Shown: positions 20,904-29,475 of the stretch, one piece after another
How the letters are laid out: each line of letters begins with the position of its first letter
Position numbering within the stretch: position 1 is the stretch's first letter
IMG/VR virus record: IMGVR_UViG_3300029286_002633
Length of the DNA: 57,742 bases
Source: an uncultured virus (IMG/VR IMGVR_UViG_3300029286_002633)
Taxonomy: Duplodnaviria; Heunggongvirae; Uroviricota; Caudoviricetes
Direction: 5' to 3' (one strand)
Translations under genes and position numbers: made by a program
The notes under the pieces: generated by a model
The model's input: only the letters and a program-made list of their open reading frames with translations
What the model was told of the DNA's origin: nothing
Databases searched by the model: none

Positions 20904-23021
20904 ATGAAATTGAAATCATTCGCATTAATTTTGGTAATGGTGGGAAGTATTCTTTTTATCCCTGTTACCAGTGCAGATGATAACACAATTTCTCTCCATG
21001 TATCACAATTTGATAAGACATATATCGTGGATGTCACTGGAAAAGATGTTGCATCTATATCTGTAGTTGGTAGTTTTAATTTATACACACCAACGGAACA
21101 ACCAAAGATGCAATTATTTACAACAAATGAAAATCAGACAGGTGCTTCCACTACACCTTTTAGTTATAGTCAATATACCGCAGAAGTCCTTAAAAAAGGA
21201 CTAAATAAGTACCTTTACATCTATGTGCCGTCGTCTTATTATCGGAATGGATATGATACGGAGACTCTTTCGCTTGATTTTGAGATAACAGTAGCAGATG
21301 AATCTTTTTTTATGCCTATGCTTTCTCCTGAGACAACTTATGAATATGTTGTTATAACAACAAGTTTGCTTTGGAACACATTTAATCAGGATTTTAAACA
21401 ATGGAAGATAGACACCGACTCGAAGATAACGAATATTCTTATCACCAATGTCTCCGATATTGTTAATATGTCTCAATGTTGGGTGAATGGGACCTATGGA
21501 GATGCGACGAATACGGCAGGTGGGAATCATTGGGTAGAAAACGGAAAAGAAATCACAACTCAATTTACTATGTTCAATGACACTCAGGCGAAAATACGGA
21601 ACTATATCAGATATTGCTATGATACCTATGGAACACGCTATGTTCTTCTTGCTGGAAACAAGAATCTCGTCCCACCACGAATCATGTTCAATGCAGCACA
21701 AGATGGTGCTCCACCTGGAACTCCAGGAAAGCATTGGTGGAATTGGACAAGCGCAGTAGACATGTATTATTCTTGCCTTGATGGTAACTGGAACAATAAT
21801 ACAAACTCTCTATGGGGTGAGGCTAAAATTGACTTTGAATGGGCGAAAACGCCCGTCTGGGACGCTATCGACTGGGGATACGATATAACCCTCGGCAGGA
21901 TACTTGTTGATTCTACGAGCGAAACAAGTGCCTGGATTACAAGATTAAAGGAATATGTGGACGGGAACGCCTATTCTAAAGGGAACTACCTTCAAAACAT
22001 CATGATAGCGGGGAAAAACACGACCAATGTGATAGTTCCCTACGTCTATGATACATTAAGCGATGAATTCCCATCGAATGTTACTTTTGTAAACAATAAC
22101 ACTATCACACAGTTACAGTGGAATGTGTTAGACGACATTTGTAACGGTGTGGTATCTCCTTATGATGGTGTACAAATATTTTATCATTCAGGTCATACAG
22201 GGACAGAAACACCCTACATCTCAGGGAATCTGAATAACAGCATCAAACCGCAGAGCATCTTCTACACAGAAGGTTGCCAACATGCGGATTTCGGTGCATC
22301 CAGCCCATGCAGAATGGAAAATCTTTTTGCTGGAACCGGAGGTTTTGTCTGCTGTATTGCCAATAGTGCATATGGTTGGTTCATCGGCTCTACGTGGTAT
22401 AGCGAAACCATGTTTAGTTTAATGTTCAACACAAGCAATGAAACCTGTTTCGCTAAAGCACACGACGAGGCAAGAGAACTATTCGGGATTAACGCCCACT
22501 CGGTCTGTTCTCAACTTGTTAAGGGAACTATTTTCTTTGGAGACCCTGCACTCGAATACAACTGGTACAACCCTGAATCCATCATGAATCCAGTAAATGG
22601 GACAACCCATGAGAGCATCTACAATTGCTATCTGAACTATACAACTCCAGAGGACGGCAACGTATCATTCTACTGGGGGAACGACACGATTATCCATACC
22701 GTCCTTAATGTCGAAAAAGACGATACCGCCAGCATCTACCTACCAGATTATACAGGACCCTGGCTTCCACATGATACGCTTTACTATTGGTATGTCATTT
22801 ATAATGAGACCGCAACACCGGAGTTCAACTTCAAAACAAGCAAAGCATGGGATTTAAATGAAGACGGTCAAATAACATACCTTGATATATCAATTCTAAT
22901 CTCCCATTATATGCAATCGGTGACACCAGAAGGAAGTTTACCATGGGACATCGACGACAACGGAAAAGGGAACTATGTGGATATATCATTCATCGTCCAT
23001 CATTACGGAGAAACATATTAA
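20904..23021 (+). CDS. Secreted peptidase family C25 (gingipain-like) with C-terminal dockerin
   Basis: YVVIT..., IRNYI...YVLLAG...VP, DMYYSCLDG, DITLGRI, candidate catalytic His (HSGH) and Cys (EGC), FFGDPAL; DLNEDGQITYLD / DIDDNGKGNYVD. Confidence 0.85.
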   Translation: MKLKSFALILVMVGSILFIPVTSADDNTISLHVSQFDKTYIVDVTGKDVASISVVGSFNLYTPTEQPKMQLFTTNENQTGASTTPFSYSQYTAEVLKKGLNKYLYIYVPSSYYRNGYDTETLSLDFEITVADESFFMPMLSPETTYEYVVITTSLLWNTFNQDFKQWKIDTDSKITNILITNVSDIVNMSQCWVNGTYGDATNTAGGNHWVENGKEITTQFTMFNDTQAKIRNYIRYCYDTYGTRYVLLAGNKNLVPPRIMFNAAQDGAPPGTPGKHWWNWTSAVDMYYSCLDGNWNNNTNSLWGEAKIDFEWAKTPVWDAIDWGYDITLGRILVDSTSETSAWITRLKEYVDGNAYSKGNYLQNIMIAGKNTTNVIVPYVYDTLSDEFPSNVTFVNNNTITQLQWNVLDDICNGVVSPYDGVQIFYHSGHTGTETPYISGNLNNSIKPQSIFYTEGCQHADFGASSPCRMENLFAGTGGFVCCIANSAYGWFIGSTWYSETMFSLMFNTSNETCFAKAHDEARELFGINAHSVCSQLVKGTIFFGDPALEYNWYNPESIMNPVNGTTHESIYNCYLNYTTPEDGNVSFYWGNDTIIHTVLNVEKDDTASIYLPDYTGPWLPHDTLYYWYVIYNETATPEFNFKTSKAWDLNEDGQITYLDISILISHYMQSVTPEGSLPWDIDDNGKGNYVDISFIVHHYGETY

Positions 23022-23044
23022 TACAAAAATATGATATTCAGATT

Positions 23045-23938
23045 ATGAAAAAAATCATCATCATTTTTTTCATTGCATCAATTTTCCTGTTTCCATTAGC
23101 ATCAGCATCAACAACATTACAAATCCAACCCGCCTCAAAAGTGCTTGAAATAGGAGAAACATTCAACATCACCATAAGCATTTTACCAGACCAGCCAGTT
23201 GATACAGTAGCCGTAGACCTATTAGAATGGAGCGCAGGAGTCATTGATTGCATATCTGTCCAGAAAGGCAATATGTTCCCAAGTCCATTGATATGGATGT
23301 CTGGGAAAATCAATAACACAGCAGGAAGACTTCAATATCTTGTCATGGCGAGCAACGAGCCAACATCGCAAGAAAACAGCCTCTGCACCATAACCTTCCA
23401 AGCAAAAAATGAGGGAATCTCCGCTATAAGTATCGTAGAATCAGGGATTGCAAGAAATGGGACACCACTACCAAAAACAATACTTAATTCATGCCAACTT
23501 ACTGTTGGTTCGATTATACCACCACCAAATAATTCAACGAACAGTTCATCAAACAGCACGCAAACAAACCAAACAGAACCAGTTGATAACACTACACAGC
23601 CAGTTGATACGACCCCTCCAGGCGGGTGGTTCAACAATAACACCAGTGAAGATGAGCCATTAATCCCGATTAATCAGAATAACACCAACAACAGCAATAC
23701 CAACACAGATGCAGTTTCACCAGGGTTATTTGATAACATCCCACCAACGACAATTATTTATGCAATCGTCGCTATTATCATCATCAGCACATTCGCCTTA
23801 ATCACTGTCCGGCATTTTCAACATAGACAAGAAGATAAAGACGACGAAGAATCAGGGGATGCCCAAGGATTCACAGAAGATGATGACTCTGGGTATGCAG
23901 GTGGTCCAGGGGAACTCGACGTTGATGTTTGGGGGTAA
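23045..23938 (+). CDS. Membrane-anchored cohesin with Asn/Thr/Pro-rich linker and acidic cytoplasmic tail
   Basis: Start MKKIII (signal peptide); IQPAS...GETFNITI...INNTAG...LCTITFQAK; paralog of 18697; TM near C-terminus. Confidence 0.8.
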   Translation: MKKIIIIFFIASIFLFPLASASTTLQIQPASKVLEIGETFNITISILPDQPVDTVAVDLLEWSAGVIDCISVQKGNMFPSPLIWMSGKINNTAGRLQYLVMASNEPTSQENSLCTITFQAKNEGISAISIVESGIARNGTPLPKTILNSCQLTVGSIIPPPNNSTNSSSNSTQTNQTEPVDNTTQPVDTTPPGGWFNNNTSEDEPLIPINQNNTNNSNTNTDAVSPGLFDNIPPTTIIYAIVAIIIISTFALITVRHFQHRQEDKDDEESGDAQGFTEDDDSGYAGGPGELDVDVWG

Positions 23939-23943
23939 CTATA

Positions 23944-24186
23944 GTGAAACCGATAGTAGAAGTTAATTTTAAGAATAAAAAACATCTGATATGTTGCAAA
24001 ACACTCGATGTTGCGATAAACGAAGTGGAAAACGTCCAAGTGGAACTACAGGTATTCAAAAATCAACTTGAACTTAAATATGACCTGCCAAAAGAGATGA
24101 AAGACAGATTTGATGATAAAATCAATGACCTCTCAGTCAAAAAACGGAAGATGAAAGATAACATTATGCACTGTGGATGCGACTGA
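23944..24186 (+). CDS. Hypothetical coiled-coil protein
   Basis: ORF; GTG start uncertain. Confidence 0.5.
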   Translation: MKPIVEVNFKNKKHLICCKTLDVAINEVENVQVELQVFKNQLELKYDLPKEMKDRFDDKINDLSVKKRKMKDNIMHCGCD

Positions 24187-24574
24187 AACCATGTCCCTCA
24201 TTCACATTAAAATATTAGGATATTCTATAGATGACAGCCTTGTATTCAAAGTTATTCTTGGGACCATTTGCTTCCTCATCCTGTTCTTTCTCATCACACC
24301 AAGCCAAATGCAAGACTGGGTGCTCAAATCACTTATCATCTGGGCGGCAGTCACCATGTTCGTCATACCGCTCACCTATGGTTTTATTGAAGAGGAATTC
24401 ACTATCAGACATATCGTGATGATGGTGTTATCTGTCATAATCCTTGTTGTCTACGGCTTTTTGTCTAATTTCAGTCTTGAGTTCATTGTTATCGCGGTTC
24501 TACAGTCACTTATTTGGATGAGCATATTTTCAATCATACTCGATACATTCAAAGAAAAACTACATAAGATTTAA
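24173..24574 (+). CDS. Small integral membrane protein (~4 TM)
   Basis: Four hydrophobic segments. Confidence 0.7.
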   Translation: MDATETMSLIHIKILGYSIDDSLVFKVILGTICFLILFFLITPSQMQDWVLKSLIIWAAVTMFVIPLTYGFIEEEFTIRHIVMMVLSVIILVVYGFLSNFSLEFIVIAVLQSLIWMSIFSIILDTFKEKLHKI

Positions 24575-24601
24575 ATAATGTCAATATATTACAATTTTTA
24601 A

Positions 24602-24799
24602 ATGGATGATAAATTATATCCACTATCGCAGTTCGAGCAAGACCTTGAAACCATACGCAACATGAACGCATCCCATGAATCAAAAATCGAGAAGGGAAAC
24701 GCTTTAAAGCATCTATACTACAATCAGAACAATCCAGATATTGTTGAGCCATTTAGCATTGCTGATATCCGTGAGAACATCTTGAAGGAGGATAAATGA
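24602..24799 (+). CDS. Hypothetical protein
   Basis: ORF with ATGA overlap to the next gene. Confidence 0.6.
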   Translation: MDDKLYPLSQFEQDLETIRNMNASHESKIEKGNALKHLYYNQNNPDIVEPFSIADIRENILKEDK

Positions 24800-25167
24800 A
24801 GAACGGAGCAATGAAGTTCAGGAAATATTGTATAAATGCACATCGCCTTCCCTTTGATGTCAGAGAGCAAGTCGGTCTTGAGTTCCTTGCGGGAGAACGT
24901 AATTGCCAAGGTTTCGATGCTCAGATTGATGTGATAAAAGGATTGATACTATGTATGGATACAGTTCACGATAATTATCATCATTTATCGAAACAAAAAA
25001 AAGCACTCGTTGAAAAACTCATGCAGAATGAGGATGTAGTCAACGCGGTTATCTGCACATTATTCCAATGGCTCGGGACGAATGTCGGAAGATGCGACAT
25101 CGGACTGGTTCTAAAGGAGATAAATTCAATAGATGAAAAAGGAAAAAAATATGAGGAATCTAAATGA
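24796..25167 (+). CDS. Hypothetical protein
   Basis: ORF coupled by ATGA overlaps on both sides. Confidence 0.65.
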   Translation: MKNGAMKFRKYCINAHRLPFDVREQVGLEFLAGERNCQGFDAQIDVIKGLILCMDTVHDNYHHLSKQKKALVEKLMQNEDVVNAVICTLFQWLGTNVGRCDIGLVLKEINSIDEKGKKYEESK

Positions 25168-25496
25168 AATACGGCTCTGAAATACTTGCGATAGTCGAGG
25201 GTGGACTTGAAGGAAATGCGAAGAAAGTCAGGGCATACACGGAACTCCTTGTTACAAAAATACCACGAGGCGACCATATGCAACGTGCTCTTCAAAAACG
25301 ATTAGACGGCACTTACAAAAATGACCCTGTGTTAGAAGCAAAACAAACAATATATCACTGCTCTCGATGTCAGCATCGTCATCGTAGTGATAGTAAACTT
25401 GGGAAAGCACATATGGAAGAAAAAATTAATATTGAAAAGTTAAGCAAAAACGAAAGATTAGCGATACTTGATGAAATAACAGCAGGAGCGTATTAA
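25164..25496 (+). CDS. Hypothetical protein with C-terminal CxxC...H Zn-finger-like motif
   Basis: SEILAIVEGGLEG..KVRAYTELL helical N-terminus; CSRCQHRH...H. Confidence 0.65.
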   Translation: MKYGSEILAIVEGGLEGNAKKVRAYTELLVTKIPRGDHMQRALQKRLDGTYKNDPVLEAKQTIYHCSRCQHRHRSDSKLGKAHMEEKINIEKLSKNERLAILDEITAGAY

Positions 25497-25499
25497 AAA

Positions 25500-25793
25500 A
25501 TGATAGAAGCAAACGTAGTGGCGATAACATTCTATAAGCCATCTTTAGAGTTCTGGAGCCATTTGAAAAATGGGGTAGAAGTAACGCTTGAGAGAGAACC
25601 AACAAACCCACGTGACAAAAACGCAATTAAGGTTCTCCACAATGGAACTCATTTCGGGTATCTTGAAAAAGAGAAAGCATTGCTCTTATCTCCAATGATG
25701 GACGTAGGAAGAAAACCACAAGCAACTATAACCAGAGTCTTCGGAACACCAACTGACAGACCCCACATCGAACTATCAATTCTATTGTTATAA
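25500..25793 (+). CDS. Stand-alone HIRAN domain protein
   Basis: LEREPTNPRDKNAIKV...FGYL HIRAN signature. Confidence 0.85.
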   Translation: MIEANVVAITFYKPSLEFWSHLKNGVEVTLEREPTNPRDKNAIKVLHNGTHFGYLEKEKALLLSPMMDVGRKPQATITRVFGTPTDRPHIELSILLL

Positions 25794-25830
25794 CAATAAT
25801 CTGTATACTATCTTGACCGAAACTATTTAA
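25783..25830 (+). promoter_or_regulatory. Perfect 16-bp palindrome TATTGTTATAACAATA next to a GTATAC-N15-TATTTAA promoter
   Basis: Palindrome 25783-98; GTATAC 25803; TATTTAA 25824, 30 nt before ATG 25854. Confidence 0.7.
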
Positions 25831-25853
25831 GAATACTACCCCATACAAATATA

Positions 25854-27062
25854 ATGGTTGATGAATTGGATTGCAACAACATCGGTGGCATCCCAGATGG
25901 GATGGGTGGATGCCGTATCCCTAATGATTTCCTTGATTTTGTTTTAGGGAAAAACTCCTGCAAATCCATACTCAAAGGCATACTCATAGACGTAAAAGGC
26001 ATGAGATTATGTTCTATAACTGTATCCCCCACTAAAAAAGAATACATGATGTTACAAGAGGCGAAGACTTCAATATATGGTGTTGAAATGTCCGGTATAC
26101 ATGCCTTCGGCAATTTCTTCCAATTCACTACAAAACTTAAAGACTACATCATAGCAAGAAAATTCGATAAAACACTTGGCACAAAACTCTGCACCGATGA
26201 AGGAGTGGAAGGGGACATCTTTGAAAAAACAATACAGAAACACATCAATGAATCCCACTTATTTGAAATCACCGATGGAGTAAAAATACTTTTATCAAAA
26301 ACAAAGCCACCAAATATCAACGACATGTTCAAACTACCATTCGGCACCGTGTTCCTCGATGTCAACTTCAAAAAAGATGAGATGGAGAAATTCGGAGTGG
26401 AAATCGGGTACGATGAAATAATAGGAATCATGGTCACAGAAGGTAAAATGATACGCAAAAAAGACTCCGATTCCTATGTCTCAACAATAGAAGAATATGA
26501 AAAACAAGAATCAACAGGCACATCACTACGCATAACTATCCTTGGTGTTAAAGGCAAAGGGGAAGAACAAACCACACAATTTGATGTATTCAACAGAAAT
26601 GTAAACCTGAAACCAGAATACAAAGACATGAATCGTGTTATAACAACAAAAACACCAGATATGTGCAACAAAAAAGCAGCGAAATTCGCCCATGAGTTTG
26701 TCATTAACTTCTTAAACTTCATTCAAGTCCCGGAAGTAACATGGAAAGAAAAACCCGCTGATGCAGAAAGGAACAAGAAACGAATCGGACAAGGGAAACT
26801 ACCAGTGCCACCAAAATCATATATCACACTCACAGGGAACGTCAAACGCTATGCTCAAGACATCCAAGAACACCCTGAGAACTGGCATTACAGTTATCGT
26901 TTCTGGGTCATGGGACACTGGAGAACATTCCAAAGCCCTCGATATGGAGATAAGATAGGCACACAGGTCTGGGTGGAGCATTATGTGAAAGGTCCGAAGT
27001 TCGGACCCCTCGTCGAAAAGAAATATATCCTTGATAATAAATCAGGACGAGAGATAGATTAG
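25854..27062 (+). CDS. Phage-type hypothetical protein with C-terminal VxGHWR...WxxxYxKGP motif
   Basis: FWVMGHWRTFQ...VWVEHYVKGP, a motif I associate with uncharacterised phage proteins. Confidence 0.7.
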   Translation: MVDELDCNNIGGIPDGMGGCRIPNDFLDFVLGKNSCKSILKGILIDVKGMRLCSITVSPTKKEYMMLQEAKTSIYGVEMSGIHAFGNFFQFTTKLKDYIIARKFDKTLGTKLCTDEGVEGDIFEKTIQKHINESHLFEITDGVKILLSKTKPPNINDMFKLPFGTVFLDVNFKKDEMEKFGVEIGYDEIIGIMVTEGKMIRKKDSDSYVSTIEEYEKQESTGTSLRITILGVKGKGEEQTTQFDVFNRNVNLKPEYKDMNRVITTKTPDMCNKKAAKFAHEFVINFLNFIQVPEVTWKEKPADAERNKKRIGQGKLPVPPKSYITLTGNVKRYAQDIQEHPENWHYSYRFWVMGHWRTFQSPRYGDKIGTQVWVEHYVKGPKFGPLVEKKYILDNKSGREID

Positions 27063-27089
27063 TATACCTAATTGACACAGACTATTTAA
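27062..27089 (+). promoter_or_regulatory. GTATAC-N15-TATTTAA promoter
   Basis: gtatac ctaattgacacagac tatttaa. Confidence 0.7.
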
Positions 27090-27118
27090 CATTACACACC
27101 AATACTTTTTATGCCGTT

Positions 27119-28375
27119 ATGATGCTCAGTTGCGAGAAATATCGCCAGATGGCGAAAGGTTCAGTAGCCGACAGATTAGCGGTAGCAATGAGTACACTTC
27201 CTGATGCGTGTGCATCTGAATTATTTCTTATTCTTTCTAAAGATTCTATTCCAGATGTGAGGGCAAAGGTTGCCTCTAATCAGAGCATCCCGAAAGATAG
27301 TGTTTGTAGAGTCCTTGGTCGTCTGCATAAAGACAAGGCAACCTATGTTCGTAATTCCGTCAGGGATAATATTAGGTTCAACACGGAATGTGACGGAGAA
27401 TATGAGATGAACTATACTACGGAACAGTGGTATAGTTTCGATGTTAAACGTGCTGATGCTCGTTGTCATGGTGGCTGTAACTATCCACGTCTTATCGGGG
27501 AACTTGAGGCACAAGATGTCGCTGTTGTCTCCGTACTGGATTGGAAGAACGAAGATGTTAACACGTTGCATGATTATGGTTTTGATTATGTTCCAGCGAA
27601 GGTATCTTGGCAGATTGACCTCTCGAAGTATCATTCTTTTGCTGAATATCTCCAGAGCATCGAAAAAGGAGATTATGTTGACCGGAGAAAAAGACGATTA
27701 CAGAAGGACAACATAACTTTTGTTGAAATGCCGTTGAGTTCATCTAAATATTACAATCAATGGTATGAGATTTACAAGAATACAATGGAATCAAAAGAAC
27801 GAGGACGTATTATTGTAAAGGAAAACTCGCCGCCGGAGCATCTAACGGCAATTTATGCTTTAAAGGACGATACTGTCCTTGGCGGCATCCTCTACAATAA
27901 AAGACTTGATGTGGTTTCTGCGGCATATGGTGCATTCCTACGGCATCCTGTGGGCTTGACTGATGTGGCGTTGGCTGAATTGATTGAAAATGCTATTAAA
28001 ACAGGGAAAAAACGGTTTACACTAGGAATGGACACCAACTTCTATGGGTATCATCTAAAGACAGGTCTGTATTCATTTAAAACATCAAACGGCTATACGC
28101 CCCATGAGTTCATGGGAAAGAATTTCTTCAAGGTTATTGATGATAAAAAGTTCGATAATCCTTACATGTATCTCAGTTTCAGTCATTTCAATGACCCTGG
28201 TCTGCGAAATAATATCTTCATTAAAGGAGATAAGAAAGTTTCATTGGACGTTTTCAATGCACCAGAGGGCGTACGGATTCATCACGAGGGGAAAACCTTT
28301 TCCCATTACCCTGAGAAAGACGAGTATTACCAGGATGGCAAGATTGGTGTAGAGGGAGGTGGTTCTTCTGTTTAA
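27119..28375 (+). CDS. HEAT/LRV-like repeats fused to a FemAB-like GNAT acyltransferase
   Basis: LSKD..PDVRAKVASN / LHKDKATYVRNSV..N; IDLSKY.SFAEYL, IENAIKTGKKRFTLG, GLYSFK. Confidence 0.6.
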   Translation: MMLSCEKYRQMAKGSVADRLAVAMSTLPDACASELFLILSKDSIPDVRAKVASNQSIPKDSVCRVLGRLHKDKATYVRNSVRDNIRFNTECDGEYEMNYTTEQWYSFDVKRADARCHGGCNYPRLIGELEAQDVAVVSVLDWKNEDVNTLHDYGFDYVPAKVSWQIDLSKYHSFAEYLQSIEKGDYVDRRKRRLQKDNITFVEMPLSSSKYYNQWYEIYKNTMESKERGRIIVKENSPPEHLTAIYALKDDTVLGGILYNKRLDVVSAAYGAFLRHPVGLTDVALAELIENAIKTGKKRFTLGMDTNFYGYHLKTGLYSFKTSNGYTPHEFMGKNFFKVIDDKKFDNPYMYLSFSHFNDPGLRNNIFIKGDKKVSLDVFNAPEGVRIHHEGKTFSHYPEKDEYYQDGKIGVEGGGSSV

Positions 28376-28895
28376 GAAAGGTGAACTCCTTCTTGCATAT
28401 GATGAATCTGAAATTTATACGAGTGAACTTCTTTTTATCAAAGAGATTTGGGATGAAGATTATAAAGAAACACATGGAGAAATGACCAATGAAAAGGTCG
28501 AGAAAATCGTATGGTCTCGTCTTTCCGATGGATGGCTTTCGCAACATGTCTGGGATGAGTTCACACATGAGTTTACGTCTTTGATGCGTGAGCGTAACCC
28601 CTCTTTAAAATGGGAATCACCGGATTATCATTCAAAAGACGATAAATATATCATGGAGGACCAGAAGTTCAACATGGATAACGGTCTTGAGATGTTACGC
28701 AAATTCGTCAATTTTGATAGATACGGGAATCTTTCTTTCATCAAGATTTTTGCGTATGGCAAAGATGGTTTCTGCATTGACCCTGAGTGGCAACAGGAGA
28801 AATGCGTTCTCTCTGCCTGTAAAAGCGGTTTTTATCGTGACTGGGACCATGACGGCATTTGTGTCGCTGCCAGGGAAGGTGAGTATCCTGATTAA
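28359..28895 (+). CDS. Hypothetical protein, tandem paralog A
   Basis: Shares KGxLLLxYD, NPSxxWE, YGKxG and ACKxGFxRDWDHDxxCV with the next gene. Confidence 0.75.
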   Translation: MVLLFKKGELLLAYDESEIYTSELLFIKEIWDEDYKETHGEMTNEKVEKIVWSRLSDGWLSQHVWDEFTHEFTSLMRERNPSLKWESPDYHSKDDKYIMEDQKFNMDNGLEMLRKFVNFDRYGNLSFIKIFAYGKDGFCIDPEWQQEKCVLSACKSGFYRDWDHDGICVAAREGEYPD

Positions 28896-29475
28896 AGGTA
28901 AACTGCTCTTACAGTATGACGGAAAAAATACAACTGGTTTCGATGGGAAACCTGAGCATAAGGAGTTGCGGGACTACTGGGAAAACAAGTACTATAAATT
29001 CAAGGAAGATGTGATGAATCATCTTACTGAAATGAATCCTTCTGGTTTATGGGAGATGGAGAAGTATCCTCCTGATTGGACTAAACGGGTTATAAAGAAA
29101 GGGGATTGGGTTGCGAAAGATGAAGAGGGCTATAAATTCAAGATACCTGATTATGATGCGTTTAATGACAGAATGCTGATTTTAGAGGATGATGCTGCCG
29201 CTTTCTTCGATGGATGGAACATCGAGGTCTATGAATATGGTAAAGAAGGTCTGTTGGTGGAGACCATTCAGACAGAGATACATTCTTCTGTTTTGATGAA
29301 AGCCTGTAAACGGGGTTTCCATCGTGATTGGGACCATGATGCCGTCTGTGTGAAAAACATTGTACGAGATTATTTCGGGTATAGAACACGTGATGAAGAG
29401 GCTGAAGAAGAACGAAGACATGACCGTGCTATTAAACGCCATCAGGATTATGCTGAAAGCGGAGGCGAATACTGA
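28879..29475 (+). CDS. Hypothetical protein, tandem paralog B
   Basis: GTG start at 28879 inferred from alignment with paralog A. Confidence 0.75.
   Translation: MSILIKGKLLLQYDGKNTTGFDGKPEHKELRDYWENKYYKFKEDVMNHLTEMNPSGLWEMEKYPPDWTKRVIKKGDWVAKDEEGYKFKIPDYDAFNDRMLILEDDAAAFFDGWNIEVYEYGKEGLLVETIQTEIHSSVLMKACKRGFHRDWDHDAVCVKNIVRDYFGYRTRDEEAEEERRHDRAIKRHQDYAESGGEY

Noticed and set aside
13436..23938. True cellulosome
   Set aside because: No glycoside hydrolase or multi-cohesin scaffoldin recognised; the only enzyme with a dockerin is a peptidase
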